From: a virus
Taxonomy: Duplodnaviria; Caudoviricetes
IMG/VR virus record: IMGVR_UViG_3300032295_002548
Span: 1-56,168 of that record
DNA: 56,168 bases
Reading direction: 5' to 3' (one strand)
In this document: one piece after another, positions 8,794-17,829 of the stretch
How the letters are laid out: every line of letters starts with the position of its first letter
How positions within the stretch are numbered: position 1 is the stretch's first letter
Notes under the pieces: generated by a model
Told to the model about the DNA's origin: nothing
Databases searched by the model: none
The model's input: only the letters and a program-made list of their open reading frames with translations
Program-made: the position numbers and the translations under genes

Positions 8794-10107
8794 TCAGAAG
8801 GTACGGGATGTGACGTGGGTCTGGAACTTGGTCGGAAGCACATCGCCCATCTGGCGCTCCAGCACCTCGACCGCGTCAGCCAGTTTCTGGTCGGCAGTTC
8901 GGGATACCCGGTCGCCCTTGTCAAGCTGTCCGTCGGACACCAGCCAATCGGCGAAGGTCCGATAGATGCAGTACTGCATGAACGACGTGTAGAGCGGGAT
9001 CAGCCTCCACGAGTTGGGCGCCGTCGAGGGGCTCTGACCGGCGACCGTCCCGCTCACGCAGCGGTAGTAGTTGCCTGCCCCGCTGGAGTCGGTGAAGTAG
9101 ATCTGGTTGCCGACCGCGTACGTGGCCGTGGCCGAGTAGGTCGAGCCGGTAAACGTGGGCGGGTACTTCCGGTAGAACAGGAACACCGGGTTGCACGGCA
9201 GGATGCCGTAGATGCTGCTCTGGTTGACCCCGTTGATGTAGGTCGCCCAAGCCCCGTTGATCATCTGGATCCCGTCCTGCGTCAGCAAGTATCCCTGCCG
9301 GCGGGGATAGTAGGCCGACGACGGCGACGCCTGATACACGTCAAACACCGCGTCGATCGTCTCCTCACCCGTCTGCTCCCACGGGATCAGCAGGTCGCTG
9401 ACCGGGACGTTGGTCGTCTGCTGCACGACGCAGCCCCAGACGTACGCGCCCTTGGACACATCGCCCGCGTAGCTGACCGTCGAGCCGTCCGTGGACAGCT
9501 TGAGCGAGTAGAACCCGGACGTGGTCGCATTGGCCGACGCCGTGAAGTTCAGCTGACAAACGTAGAACCCGTTGGGCTGAAGCGTGACGCTGGAGCCCGT
9601 CGCGTTGACCACCGTGCCGACCGTACCGGCAGCGATGTTGAAGAACGCGCTGTACGTCGTGACGCCATCGTAGGCCACGAGCTGCACGTTGTTGCGGCCG
9701 TTGGGCCGCACGTACGCGGTGACCGTGTACTGTTGGGACGGGAAGAACGAGTTGACCGTTTGCTGCACCCGGTGCTCCGAGTTGGCCGCGGTCTCCAACA
9801 GCAGGCTGGCCGTGACCGCACCATCGAGCGGGTTGGCGATCTGGTTGGCCGTGATCGTCAGCCCGGTGTTCGACCAGTACGCCGTCTTGGCTAGGTCGTT
9901 CGGGTAGGTCAGCCGGTTGCCGACGAACCGCGCCTCGCCCCGGGGGCAGGTCTCGTACCACTGGGTGGCGAGCCAGATGTCCCGAAGCGAGTTGTTGAAG
10001 AACTGGTTCAACGAGTCCGCAACCTCCGTGGTCAACCTCGACGGCGGAACACCGATCAGCTGGGAAACGCTGTCGAGGAACTCGGAGTAGTTGCGGGTCT
10101 TGGCCAT
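8794..10107 (-). CDS. Head-tail adaptor (tail tubular A-like) with an inserted carbohydrate-binding-like domain
   Basis: 437 aa; helical N-terminus (LNQFFNNSLRDIW...W) and C-terminus (IP..FMQY...ADWLVSDGQLDK) around a beta-rich insert (NRLTYPNDL..YWSNTG...GAYVWG). Confidence 0.65.
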   Translation of the reverse strand: MAKTRNYSEFLDSVSQLIGVPPSRLTTEVADSLNQFFNNSLRDIWLATQWYETCPRGEARFVGNRLTYPNDLAKTAYWSNTGLTITANQIANPLDGAVTASLLLETAANSEHRVQQTVNSFFPSQQYTVTAYVRPNGRNNVQLVAYDGVTTYSAFFNIAAGTVGTVVNATGSSVTLQPNGFYVCQLNFTASANATTSGFYSLKLSTDGSTVSYAGDVSKGAYVWGCVVQQTTNVPVSDLLIPWEQTGEETIDAVFDVYQASPSSAYYPRRQGYLLTQDGIQMINGAWATYINGVNQSSIYGILPCNPVFLFYRKYPPTFTGSTYSATATYAVGNQIYFTDSSGAGNYYRCVSGTVAGQSPSTAPNSWRLIPLYTSFMQYCIYRTFADWLVSDGQLDKGDRVSRTADQKLADAVEVLERQMGDVLPTKFQTHVTSRTF

Positions 10108-10466
10108 CAGACGGGCTTTCCGTTGACGAAGGTTTTACCGTGCCGGAGAGCGTTGGACTTGGGCTTGTAGCCCGGAGCACACAGCTCGGGGTTATCGGAC
10201 AGGAAGTCCTGCAGCCAGTTCTCCTGATCGCCGAACGCGTGCATCATCCGGAAGTACAGCCGGGCGTCGATCTCCGCGATCTTCTGGCCCACCCCGGGAA
10301 TGTACTCGCTACCCGCTTGTCGCATGATGCGGGCTAGCTTGGCCTGACGCAGTCCGGCCTCGATCTTCTCCTGCGGTACTCGACCGAGCACCTCGGCCTC
10401 GAACTCCCGGACAAACTGTTCCGGTAGCGAGGTGATCACTTCGTTACTGTCAGTGTCTTGAACCAT
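10107..10466 (-). CDS. Hypothetical protein of the head module (119 aa)
   Basis: IAEIDARLYFRM...WLQDFLSDNPE, a type often found after capsid genes; TGATG coupling to the next gene. Confidence 0.6.
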   Translation of the reverse strand: MVQDTDSNEVITSLPEQFVREFEAEVLGRVPQEKIEAGLRQAKLARIMRQAGSEYIPGVGQKIAEIDARLYFRMMHAFGDQENWLQDFLSDNPELCAPGYKPKSNALRHGKTFVNGKPV

Positions 10467-10475
10467 AAAGAGGAA

Positions 10476-10503
10476 GGGGGGAGCCGCCGAAGCGACTCCC
10501 CCC
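10476..10503 (-). terminator. Rho-independent terminator/attenuator after the capsid and decoration genes
   Basis: mRNA GGGGGGAGUCGC-UUCG-GCGGCUCCCCCC followed by UUCCUCUUU. Confidence 0.75.
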
Positions 10504-10509
10504 GATCAC

Positions 10510-10986
10510 TTACGGGAGCTGCGCGGCGTCCTGCAAGTTCAGGTAGACATCAACCGCACCCGCGGTCAAGGCGCTGGGCGAACCGCTCACGGAGTTCGTG
10601 AACAGCAGCTGCAGCGTCGCGGCCGACGTGGCGGTGGACTGGCCCGCATTGGCAACCGCGGACCCAGCGACGTTGATGATACCGGCGGTGAGGACCGACG
10701 TCGCGGCAATCATCGCGCCCGAGTTGGCCGAGGTGCCGACCGCGAGGGTCAGACCGCCCGAACCGGCGAACGCGGTGCGAACGTTGGCGAGCGCACGGTT
10801 CACGTACCACCGAGCGGGCGTGGACCCGATCGTCACCGTGACGGTGTCGGTCGTGCCGTTAGCCGCCGCGAGGGCGATGTCCGAGGAAAGGACGGTGAAC
10901 TTGTGCGAGAAGCCCGTGCCCGCCTCTTCCTGAATGGAAAGGGGCGAGATACGGTCATCGTTGATGGTGATGGTTTGGCTAGCCAT
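10510..10986 (-). CDS. Capsid decoration/cement protein candidate
   Basis: 158 aa, beta-rich; VRTAFAGSGGLTLAVG and ALTAGAVDVYL motifs; lies between the capsid gene and the terminator. Confidence 0.65.
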   Translation of the reverse strand: MASQTITINDDRISPLSIQEEAGTGFSHKFTVLSSDIALAAANGTTDTVTVTIGSTPARWYVNRALANVRTAFAGSGGLTLAVGTSANSGAMIAATSVLTAGIINVAGSAVANAGQSTATSAATLQLLFTNSVSGSPSALTAGAVDVYLNLQDAAQLP

Positions 10987-11010
10987 TGTGGTGGTCTCCT
11001 TGGTTTAGGG

Positions 11011-12018
11011 TTAGCTGGAGCCGGCGAACTTGCCGAGACCCTTCGGGTTCTTGCAGACCAGAAGGAGGGCCGTGGAGATGAAGCCACGCTTGCCGCCGCC
11101 CTGATCCTCCAGCTCGTCGGCCTGCATGCCGAGCATGGTGCCGATACCCACCAGAGCGGGATCGATCACGTAGCCGCGGGCCTTCTGCTGGTTGGTCGGG
11201 ATCGACGGATCAGCACCATCGACGAGGCCGTTGAACATGTCGGGGATGACGGTGACGACGTGGAAGTCGCCATCGTACACCGTGACGTTCAGGGTGACCT
11301 TGTTCTCGTTGGCGTCCTGCGTGACCTGATAGGTCTTGGTGGTACCAGAGGCACCCTCCTGACGCTGGAACTTGCTGATGGCGCGCTTCAGGTTCGGGCC
11401 AGCGAACAGCGTGTAGTTACGCCGACCGCCGTTGACCTGAAAGATCGACTGGAACACGTCGTTGAACAGCGACTCCGTGAGGGAGCCGGTCGCCGTGGTG
11501 TCGATGCTGGCCGAGGGCGTGAGGAACGCCGTGGGCACCGGGTTGACGGTCTGCGCGGTGGCGCGGACCCACGAACCGAGACCGCGGGTCTTCCACGGCA
11601 CAACGCCGTTGTCGGCCTGCATGTCGTTGTCCGAGCCGATGGCCGCCTCGATGCTGCGCTTGATCTCGCGCATCGCCTTGACCTTGGACTGCGCCACTTC
11701 GGAGGAGATGCCGGCGGGATCGCTGGCCTCCTGCACGCGGGACACCATCCACGGGCGACGGAACTGCTGGATGTAATTGCCGAACCGGGCGCGGTTGGCG
11801 GACTCGTTGTTGAACGCCTGCACGTCCTGACCTTCGAGGACGCCGGAGAAGTCAACAGGGGCGAGGGTATCCGCCTGCCACGTCTGGAGGGCATTGGTCA
11901 CCTTCGTCGTCTTGGCGAAGGTAGACGTTTTCGGGCAATCCTCGGGTTCGAGGATGGTGAGGAAGTTGGTGAGATCTTCACGATCCCCCGCAACGTTGTA
12001 ACTGGTAGCTTGAGCCAT
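11011..12018 (-). CDS. Major capsid protein (DUF5309/SU10-type, HK97 fold)
   Basis: 335 aa; GDREDL..I.PEDCP, WQAD.L...LEGQD, GNYIQQF..VS, K.MREIKRSIE signature. Confidence 0.9.
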   Translation of the reverse strand: MAQATSYNVAGDREDLTNFLTILEPEDCPKTSTFAKTTKVTNALQTWQADTLAPVDFSGVLEGQDVQAFNNESANRARFGNYIQQFRRPWMVSRVQEASDPAGISSEVAQSKVKAMREIKRSIEAAIGSDNDMQADNGVVPWKTRGLGSWVRATAQTVNPVPTAFLTPSASIDTTATGSLTESLFNDVFQSIFQVNGGRRNYTLFAGPNLKRAISKFQRQEGASGTTKTYQVTQDANENKVTLNVTVYDGDFHVVTVIPDMFNGLVDGADPSIPTNQQKARGYVIDPALVGIGTMLGMQADELEDQGGGKRGFISTALLLVCKNPKGLGKFAGSS

Positions 12019-12023
12019 GATGT

Positions 12024-13151
12024 TTAACGGAGATTTCTGAGTTTGGAACTACGTTCCAGCAGGGACGCCGCCTCGCTAGCCGTGATCGATCCTTTGGAGC
12101 GCAACTTCTCACGCTGACTGTCCAACGCGTTCCGGGCTACCGAGCTGGTCGGTACCCGCGGAGTGGTCGTGCCGGAAGATACAGCGGTCTGATCACTGGA
12201 CGGCTTGGTCGCAGGGATCGTCTTCGGCTTCGGTTTCTCGACCTTGGGCTGCGCTGCCGCAGCCTGCCGTGCCTTCAGGGCTTTCAGTCCCTCCACCTGC
12301 ACGCCGACGATGAAGTCTGCGTTGGGGAGATCCTGCAGCCATGGGTTCAGGCGGTAAGCCTGCACCGCGGCATGGTAGTCTTCCGACTTAGGGTCCGCGA
12401 GGAACGGGAACATCTGGACCGCCTGTTGCTGTGCCTGCTGTTTGGTCTGCAGGAACTGCATGCGGGCCGGGATGTGGTCCTCAAGGGCGACCTCTGACTT
12501 CCGCAACACCTCCCGGATCTGCTCCCGAGTGAGGGTTTGTTCCCCCACTTGGACGCCTTCACCGAGATCATCGCGGGAGAGCTGATCGCTCGCCCAGCGT
12601 TTGGCTTGTTTGGCCTGCTCTTGGTATTTAGCCAGAGACGCCATGTCGTTGTAATCCGCCAAGGGGAGATTCCCCTTGGGCATGGGGGGCAGCGCCTTCT
12701 CGGTCTCCGCCCTTTTCAGGTTGGATTCCAAATTGGCAATCCGCTCCTCCAACGCCTTGCGCTTCGCAACCTCTTCATCCACACGCTTCTGGACCTTCTC
12801 GCGGATTCGAGTCTCCTTATCCGAGGAAGTTTTCTGGGAAGGAACGTCCTCTTCGCTCTCGGCCGCCTCGGGCTCCGGAGCGGTTTGCTCCGGCTCGGGC
12901 GCGGCCTCGGGTTCCGAGGATTCGGGCGTAGTCTGTTCTGCTGTTTCCGCGGACTGTTGTGTCGTTTCGGCAGCCGGAGGCTGTTCCGTGGCAACTTCCT
13001 CCGCGGGAGGAGCCGAGGCGGGTTTAGGCTGCGCCTTCTGCGAGTTCGCAAAAAGGATCGCCGCTGCCTGCCCTAGCGATAGGTTGCCTGACTTATTTCC
13101 ATCACCCGTATTGGAAGCCGGTGAAGCCGCTTCAGTAGTATTCTCGTTCAT
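12024..13151 (-). CDS. Capsid scaffolding protein
   Basis: Acidic E/P/A-rich N-terminus, VQKRVDE...RKALEE coiled coil, located between portal and capsid; ATG at 13151 (GTG 13154 and TTG 13157 are alternatives). Confidence 0.8.
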   Translation of the reverse strand: MNENTTEAASPASNTGDGNKSGNLSLGQAAAILFANSQKAQPKPASAPPAEEVATEQPPAAETTQQSAETAEQTTPESSEPEAAPEPEQTAPEPEAAESEEDVPSQKTSSDKETRIREKVQKRVDEEVAKRKALEERIANLESNLKRAETEKALPPMPKGNLPLADYNDMASLAKYQEQAKQAKRWASDQLSRDDLGEGVQVGEQTLTREQIREVLRKSEVALEDHIPARMQFLQTKQQAQQQAVQMFPFLADPKSEDYHAAVQAYRLNPWLQDLPNADFIVGVQVEGLKALKARQAAAAQPKVEKPKPKTIPATKPSSDQTAVSSGTTTPRVPTSSVARNALDSQREKLRSKGSITASEAASLLERSSKLRNLR

Positions 13152-13265
13152 CACCAATCAAGGCCGGTGAAGCCGCCCGTCCTTAACAGTTCATCACCAA
13201 TCAAGGCCGGTGAAGCCGCCACCTAACCACTAACATCATCACCATTTATGGCCGGTGAAGCCGCC
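13099..13265 (-). repeat. Four spaced hairpin repeats in the scaffold 5' leader and early CDS
   Basis: Invariant GCCGGTGAAGCCGC at 13117, 13163, 13206 and 13251, each paired with CATCACC; mRNA UCACC...GGUGA stems. Confidence 0.9.
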
Positions 13266-13327
13266 AAGTCCGTATGAGAATCATCCGGTAAACATGAGCT
13301 GTGCATGCTACCGGGTTAAGTCAACGG

Positions 13328-13579
13328 TCAAATATGTTCCCTACGCTTGTACTCCTCGTACACAGCGATGATGCCCTTCAGGGCACGTAACTCGCCGACC
13401 AACGCCATCATAGAACGTTCGCTCTTGATGCTGTCGTCGCGGCAAAGGTCGTCGATAACCACTTCACGCTGGTCGCGCAGAACGCCAATGAACTGTTGGA
13501 AGTTGGGGTTGGGCAGCAGATCACCCATCGCGTCAGCGATGGCGCGCTGACGAAACTCCTCCTGCTCGCGGATGGTCAT
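13328..13579 (-). CDS. Small conserved protein downstream of the portal (83 aa)
   Basis: Helical; position and G.L.AL..I motif typical of the post-portal small gene. Confidence 0.7.
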   Translation of the reverse strand: MTIREQEEFRQRAIADAMGDLLPNPNFQQFIGVLRDQREVVIDDLCRDDSIKSERSMMALVGELRALKGIIAVYEEYKRREHI

Positions 13580-13580
13580 G

Positions 13581-15704
13581 TTAGGCTCCTAGCCGCCCGA
13601 TCTGGGCGTTGTTGCGTTGCGTTATCTGGAACTGCAGCTGCTTGGCCAGCTTCTCGATGCGCTTACCAAACGGATCCTGCTGGTTCTGCATGCGCTGCTG
13701 CACCACCGGGTCGCCCTGTATGTAGCCCTGCAGGATCTGCAGGCCCAGCTCGGGCGGCGTACCCAACTTAACGTCCTGATCCTGACCCGCGTAGATCTTG
13801 GCCAACATGTCCTGCATGTCCGCCACGACTCTCTGCTGACCGACATCCTTGGGCTGGATGATGCGCTCGGCGATAGTGGGATCGATCGCCTCGATCATCG
13901 CCTGCAGCCACTCGCTGTAATCAACGACGCCCTCACGGTCAGCCGTCGCAACGATCTGGGCGATCTGCTTGATCTTCTCGAACGTCTTCTCGACGTCCAT
14001 CGACTCGATCTGGTAGTTGAGCACGAAGTCGTACTCCTCATCCTGACCGCCCTTGATGAACTGCACCGGCTCCTGCTGACGCAGGCCGACGACCCGGAAG
14101 TAGACCTGCTCCGACCCGTACTGTTGATAGAGCGACCAGATCTGACGGAACGCCTTCGACCAGCTCGTCATGAACTTGTCGGTCTCGAACTGGTTCTTCA
14201 TCAGCGCGAACTGCTGATCGCCAGCCGCGGAGGCAAAACCAAGGTACCGGTTGAAGTCGTTGCGTAGCTGCTGCTCGCTCGCCTCGGTATTGCCGTCCGG
14301 CATGGGCCGGTCGAGGAAGTGGTACTCGTTCGGGCGACGCTCCGGGATCCGGGCGCCCGCGCCCCAACGGGCGGGCGGGCGACCTACGGGGTAGCCCATG
14401 GGCGGCAGGATCGCGAGGGATGCCGCGTCGATGCGGCTGTCCTTGTGGACCTTGATCTGGTCCTGCAAGGGCTTGCCCACCTCGGGGATGCCGCGGCTGT
14501 CGTGCAGCCGGCGAGACAGGAACTCGCGCCGGTGAATGACGAACGGGTACTGCCCATGGGCATAACCCAGCAACCCGTACTTGGCGTACCCCTTGTGCTC
14601 GTAGTCGTCCGAGCCCATCAGCGGGGTGAAGATCGTCAGGTAGATGCCGGGGATGCCGTCTTCGTCGGAGAGCCGCTGGTAGGCATAGACCACCCCGATC
14701 AGGTCGGTCATCTCCTCTTGGATGTAGTTGAACGAGCGGGAGTGAACCCGCATGTACTCGTTCACCGTAGGGGTGAGGAACTTGCCGCGGCAGGTCTCGA
14801 TCGCCGCGTTCACCCACGCCTCGTCCCACCCGTCCGAGATGACGAACGACCGGAGCTGCTCGGCCGAGAAGTACTGCACCCGGAACACCGAAGGCGCAGT
14901 CTCAAGGTCGGTAGCCGAACCCGGGATGAACAGGTTCTCGTCGAGGTTGAACGCCCGCACCACTGGGCGGGACTTCTCCTTACCCACCACCGGGACCGTC
15001 GTCTTGCCCATCTGCTGCAGGTCACGGAGCATCTTCCGCGCCTTCTTGGCTGGGCAGGCGTACAACTCCTCGAACAAGGCGGCCAGCGTCTCGGACATCG
15101 TCGGGTCCGTGAGGAGCACCGTCACGTCCGCATCCGGGAACTGGGTTTGCAGGTCGGACAGTTTGAGCGTCAGCAGGGTCTTCTCCCGAACGACCTCCCA
15201 GAACTGCCCGGTCGCGGCGATACCCTTCTCACACAAGTAGTTGCTGAGCAGCTCCACCTCCCGGTCGATCTCCGGGATCTGGGTCTGCACCAACCACTTC
15301 ATGAAGTTACTCACAATCTTGGCGCGCTTCAGGTCGTTGCCCTCGACCGGAACCGCCACCAACTGGGCCTTGCGGAAGGCCATGCAAAGCATCGCGACCT
15401 TGGCGTTGATCGCCTCGTCGGTCAGGAACACCCGCAAGTCAGACGCCCCGTCCCAAGGGGTCGGGTCGATCTTTGACCCTTCACGGGAGTGCTTGCGGCC
15501 GTCGGCCGACTGCCCGTCCCAGAGGGCAAACCGGGTGTCGTAGTTCTCCCGGCACTGGTCAACGTAGGGCTGCAGGTTGGCAATGCAGTCCTCGAAGTCG
15601 CGCTTGAGCGACGGATAGTCAGGCCCGGTCTCACCGACAGGTGCCTGTTGCAGGCCCGGGTCTGTGGGCTCCGCGTCTACATTTGTCCCCGTGTAGGAAC
15701 TCAC
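13581..15704 (-). CDS. Portal protein
   Basis: 707 aa directly after TerL; PWDGASD, YPFV..RRE....L.DSRGIPE motifs; Q-rich C-terminus. Confidence 0.88.
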   Translation of the reverse strand: MSSYTGTNVDAEPTDPGLQQAPVGETGPDYPSLKRDFEDCIANLQPYVDQCRENYDTRFALWDGQSADGRKHSREGSKIDPTPWDGASDLRVFLTDEAINAKVAMLCMAFRKAQLVAVPVEGNDLKRAKIVSNFMKWLVQTQIPEIDREVELLSNYLCEKGIAATGQFWEVVREKTLLTLKLSDLQTQFPDADVTVLLTDPTMSETLAALFEELYACPAKKARKMLRDLQQMGKTTVPVVGKEKSRPVVRAFNLDENLFIPGSATDLETAPSVFRVQYFSAEQLRSFVISDGWDEAWVNAAIETCRGKFLTPTVNEYMRVHSRSFNYIQEEMTDLIGVVYAYQRLSDEDGIPGIYLTIFTPLMGSDDYEHKGYAKYGLLGYAHGQYPFVIHRREFLSRRLHDSRGIPEVGKPLQDQIKVHKDSRIDAASLAILPPMGYPVGRPPARWGAGARIPERRPNEYHFLDRPMPDGNTEASEQQLRNDFNRYLGFASAAGDQQFALMKNQFETDKFMTSWSKAFRQIWSLYQQYGSEQVYFRVVGLRQQEPVQFIKGGQDEEYDFVLNYQIESMDVEKTFEKIKQIAQIVATADREGVVDYSEWLQAMIEAIDPTIAERIIQPKDVGQQRVVADMQDMLAKIYAGQDQDVKLGTPPELGLQILQGYIQGDPVVQQRMQNQQDPFGKRIEKLAKQLQFQITQRNNAQIGRLGA

Positions 15705-15720
15705 GGAGCGACCCTTGGGG

Positions 15721-15846
15721 TCAGCCCCCGATTGTCAAACTTGTTTTCCTCTTGTACTGGGTGTTGCGCTTAGCGGCTAGGCGCAACGACTTCTGCCAGC
15801 TATGGCGGGAAATGTTCTTGGGCTTCGATTCGGTGACGCCTTTCAT
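15721..15846 (-). CDS. Possible 41-aa basic peptide
   Basis: TGATG-coupled to TerL; MKGVTESKPKNISRHSWQKSLRLAAKRNTQYKRKTSLTIGG. Confidence 0.35.
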   Translation of the reverse strand: MKGVTESKPKNISRHSWQKSLRLAAKRNTQYKRKTSLTIGG

Positions 15847-17483
15847 CAATACACTCCGGTACGGTTATTGGGATCGATCAGGTCTGACTCTTCGTAGAAC
15901 TGCGGGTTCGATACCGCAATGTACCGGAGCGCGTCAATCGGATCCTTCGTCGCCTCGTCTTTGCCGCCCTTGGCCGTGTACTCCTGCATGGCGAAGATGA
16001 AGTTGGCGCAACGCTCGCTGACGAACAAGTGCGGTGCGTTCACGCTGCTGATCTCCTTGCTCTCGTCGTAGGCCAGCTTGTTTGAGATCAGCTGCAGCCC
16101 ATTGTCGATGTCCACGCCCGGAGCGGGGATGACGGTCATCTCCTCGTCGTCCAACTGGCTGATGATGGTAACGGCACCGTCAGCCGACTGCTTCTCGGCC
16201 GCACCCAGCCGCGGATCGATGAACCGCTCGAAGATCTCCTCCCCGTCCTCGGAGGTAAGGATCAGCTCCACGTAGTCCTTGATCCCCTTGCGGGAGCCCT
16301 TCTGCGCCGGACCTGCCTTGCCCTCCGGCCCACTGCCGGGGAGCGCCCAGTCGTCGTAGTCGGGCCACTCGCGGTACACCCACCACGTGCCGTCGGCGTC
16401 CACCGCCACCCACAGCATGAACCAGTTCTTGGAGCCCGCCGGGTCGATCGCCATGTAACGGGTGACCGGGTAGTCCGGATTCTTGACGAAGGGCAGCATG
16501 TCGTGCGGCACGACGTTGACCTCCTTGTTGAACGCAGGGAACGCGCCACCGATCGACTTGGTGGGCACACCATGGGCACGGGCCAAGATCTCGTCCCGGG
16601 ACCGGCCACGTACCTTGCGCAGGAAGTCGGACGTATCGATAAACGGATTGTCCTCGGTCCAGAAGTAGAAGATCGCTGCACCCGGGCGGGACAGCGACTC
16701 CTGCATGATGGGCAGGTCGATGTTCAGCAGGCTCGACCGCCGCTTGTGGATCGTCTTGGTCTTGCCGAGGATGTCCTGAATCAGGGGCGTCCAGCCCTGC
16801 AGGGTGGTGAAGGTGAGCAGCACCCGGCCATGGTAGTCAGGCGTACGATAGATCAGCGTCTCGAACATCTTGGGCGGAACCTCCTCGTCGGCCCAGATCA
16901 GGTGCGCCTTGAACCCTTCCGTCACCTGCGCGTCCTGCTGGTACTGGCGGTAGTTGCCGAAGCGGATGGCGCCACCGCTCTTGGCCCCGGGCAACGGAGG
17001 CAGGATGCACACGTTACCGGTGAACCCGTTCTTCTGCGTGTACTGGAGGCTGTGATACATACCCTTCTTGGAAGGCATGGTCTTCAGGCTATGCGGCAGG
17101 TTGTCCCAGATGAACCGCTGCTGGTCCTCGATCGACCGGGTTTCGTTCACGTGGTACGCCCGCACTTCCGCATCGGGAATCGTGGCCGCGGCCCACACGC
17201 ATAGGCGGGAGGCAAAGCTGGACTTGGTACTGCGCTGCCCGCCGAGGATCACGACGATCGGGTACTTCTTCCACGCATCCATCACCATCCGCCACGACGG
17301 TAGCGTCCACCCGGCTCCGACCGGATTGGCCTCGGCCCGCTGATCCGCGTACTTCCGGGCATTGGCGTAGGCGGCCAGCTTGTCGTGCGGGAGCTGGGTC
17401 AGCTGCTCGCGGGTCAGCGGTGGGATCCAGTTGATCCCGAAGTCCGGCTGGTAGTTGTCGGCGAGTAAACGTGCGGGGATCAT
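15846..17483 (-). CDS. terL: Terminase large subunit
   Basis: Walker A variant GGQRSTKS, Walker B IWADEE, coupling motif LLTFT, RNase H-like MAIDPAG and terminal KDPIDALRY. Confidence 0.92.
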   Translation of the reverse strand: MIPARLLADNYQPDFGINWIPPLTREQLTQLPHDKLAAYANARKYADQRAEANPVGAGWTLPSWRMVMDAWKKYPIVVILGGQRSTKSSFASRLCVWAAATIPDAEVRAYHVNETRSIEDQQRFIWDNLPHSLKTMPSKKGMYHSLQYTQKNGFTGNVCILPPLPGAKSGGAIRFGNYRQYQQDAQVTEGFKAHLIWADEEVPPKMFETLIYRTPDYHGRVLLTFTTLQGWTPLIQDILGKTKTIHKRRSSLLNIDLPIMQESLSRPGAAIFYFWTEDNPFIDTSDFLRKVRGRSRDEILARAHGVPTKSIGGAFPAFNKEVNVVPHDMLPFVKNPDYPVTRYMAIDPAGSKNWFMLWVAVDADGTWWVYREWPDYDDWALPGSGPEGKAGPAQKGSRKGIKDYVELILTSEDGEEIFERFIDPRLGAAEKQSADGAVTIISQLDDEEMTVIPAPGVDIDNGLQLISNKLAYDESKEISSVNAPHLFVSERCANFIFAMQEYTAKGGKDEATKDPIDALRYIAVSNPQFYEESDLIDPNNRTGVY

Positions 17484-17489
17484 TGCGTA

Positions 17490-17520
17490 TTGACAATGGG
17501 GAAAAGATCCCCATCGTCAA
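17490..17520. promoter_or_regulatory. Palindromic divergent promoter/operator between terL and the Arc-like gene
   Basis: TTGACAATGGGGA-AAAGA-TCCCCATCGTCAA (13-bp arms, 1 mismatch); a -35-like hexamer at each end. Confidence 0.7.
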
Positions 17521-17523
17521 GAC

Positions 17524-17673
17524 ATGGCTCGCAAGCTCCCATTGCAGATCCGCGTTGACCCTCGGCTGGAGTCCGGCTTGAAAAAGCTCGCCCGAAAGAG
17601 CCGTCGCTCGATCACCGCCGAGGTGAACCACATCATCGAGTCCTTCCTGTCCATTCACTACAAACCCGAATAA
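17524..17673 (+). CDS. Arc/Mnt-like ribbon-helix-helix DNA-binding protein (49 aa)
   Basis: Not in the ORF track. MARKLPLQIRVDPRLESGLKKLARKSRRSITAEVNHIIESFL fits the Arc pattern. Confidence 0.8.
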   Translation: MARKLPLQIRVDPRLESGLKKLARKSRRSITAEVNHIIESFLSIHYKPE

Positions 17674-17677
17674 CGCC

Positions 17678-17827
17678 ATGCCGTTCAAATCCGAAGCGCA
17701 GATGCGCTACCTGTACGCCAAGGAACCTTCCGTCGCCAAGCGGTTCACCGAGGAAATGAAGAGCGAAGGTAAGTCCTTCAAGGCGCTGCCCGAGAAGGTG
17801 GCCAAGAAGAAGAAAAAGAAGTACTGA
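17678..17827 (+). CDS. Small basic protein (49 aa)
   Basis: Not in the ORF track. MPFKSEAQMRYLYAKEPSVAKRF...LPEKVAKKKKKKY. Confidence 0.75.
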   Translation: MPFKSEAQMRYLYAKEPSVAKRFTEEMKSEGKSFKALPEKVAKKKKKKY

Positions 17828-17829
17828 CC

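Noticed and set aside
13141-13265. Box C/D or K-turn RNA suggested by GUGAUGA in the scaffold leader repeats
   Set aside because: No partner CUGA box; the GGUGA is used in a Watson-Crick stem instead.
1937-17204. Long plus-strand ORFs opposite the structural genes (e.g. 8488..9894, 10903..12027, 14319..15476)
   Set aside because: Antisense shadows of GC3-rich genes with no motifs; the same applies to minus-strand ORFs over 23011-37160 and plus-strand ORFs over 38300-55600.
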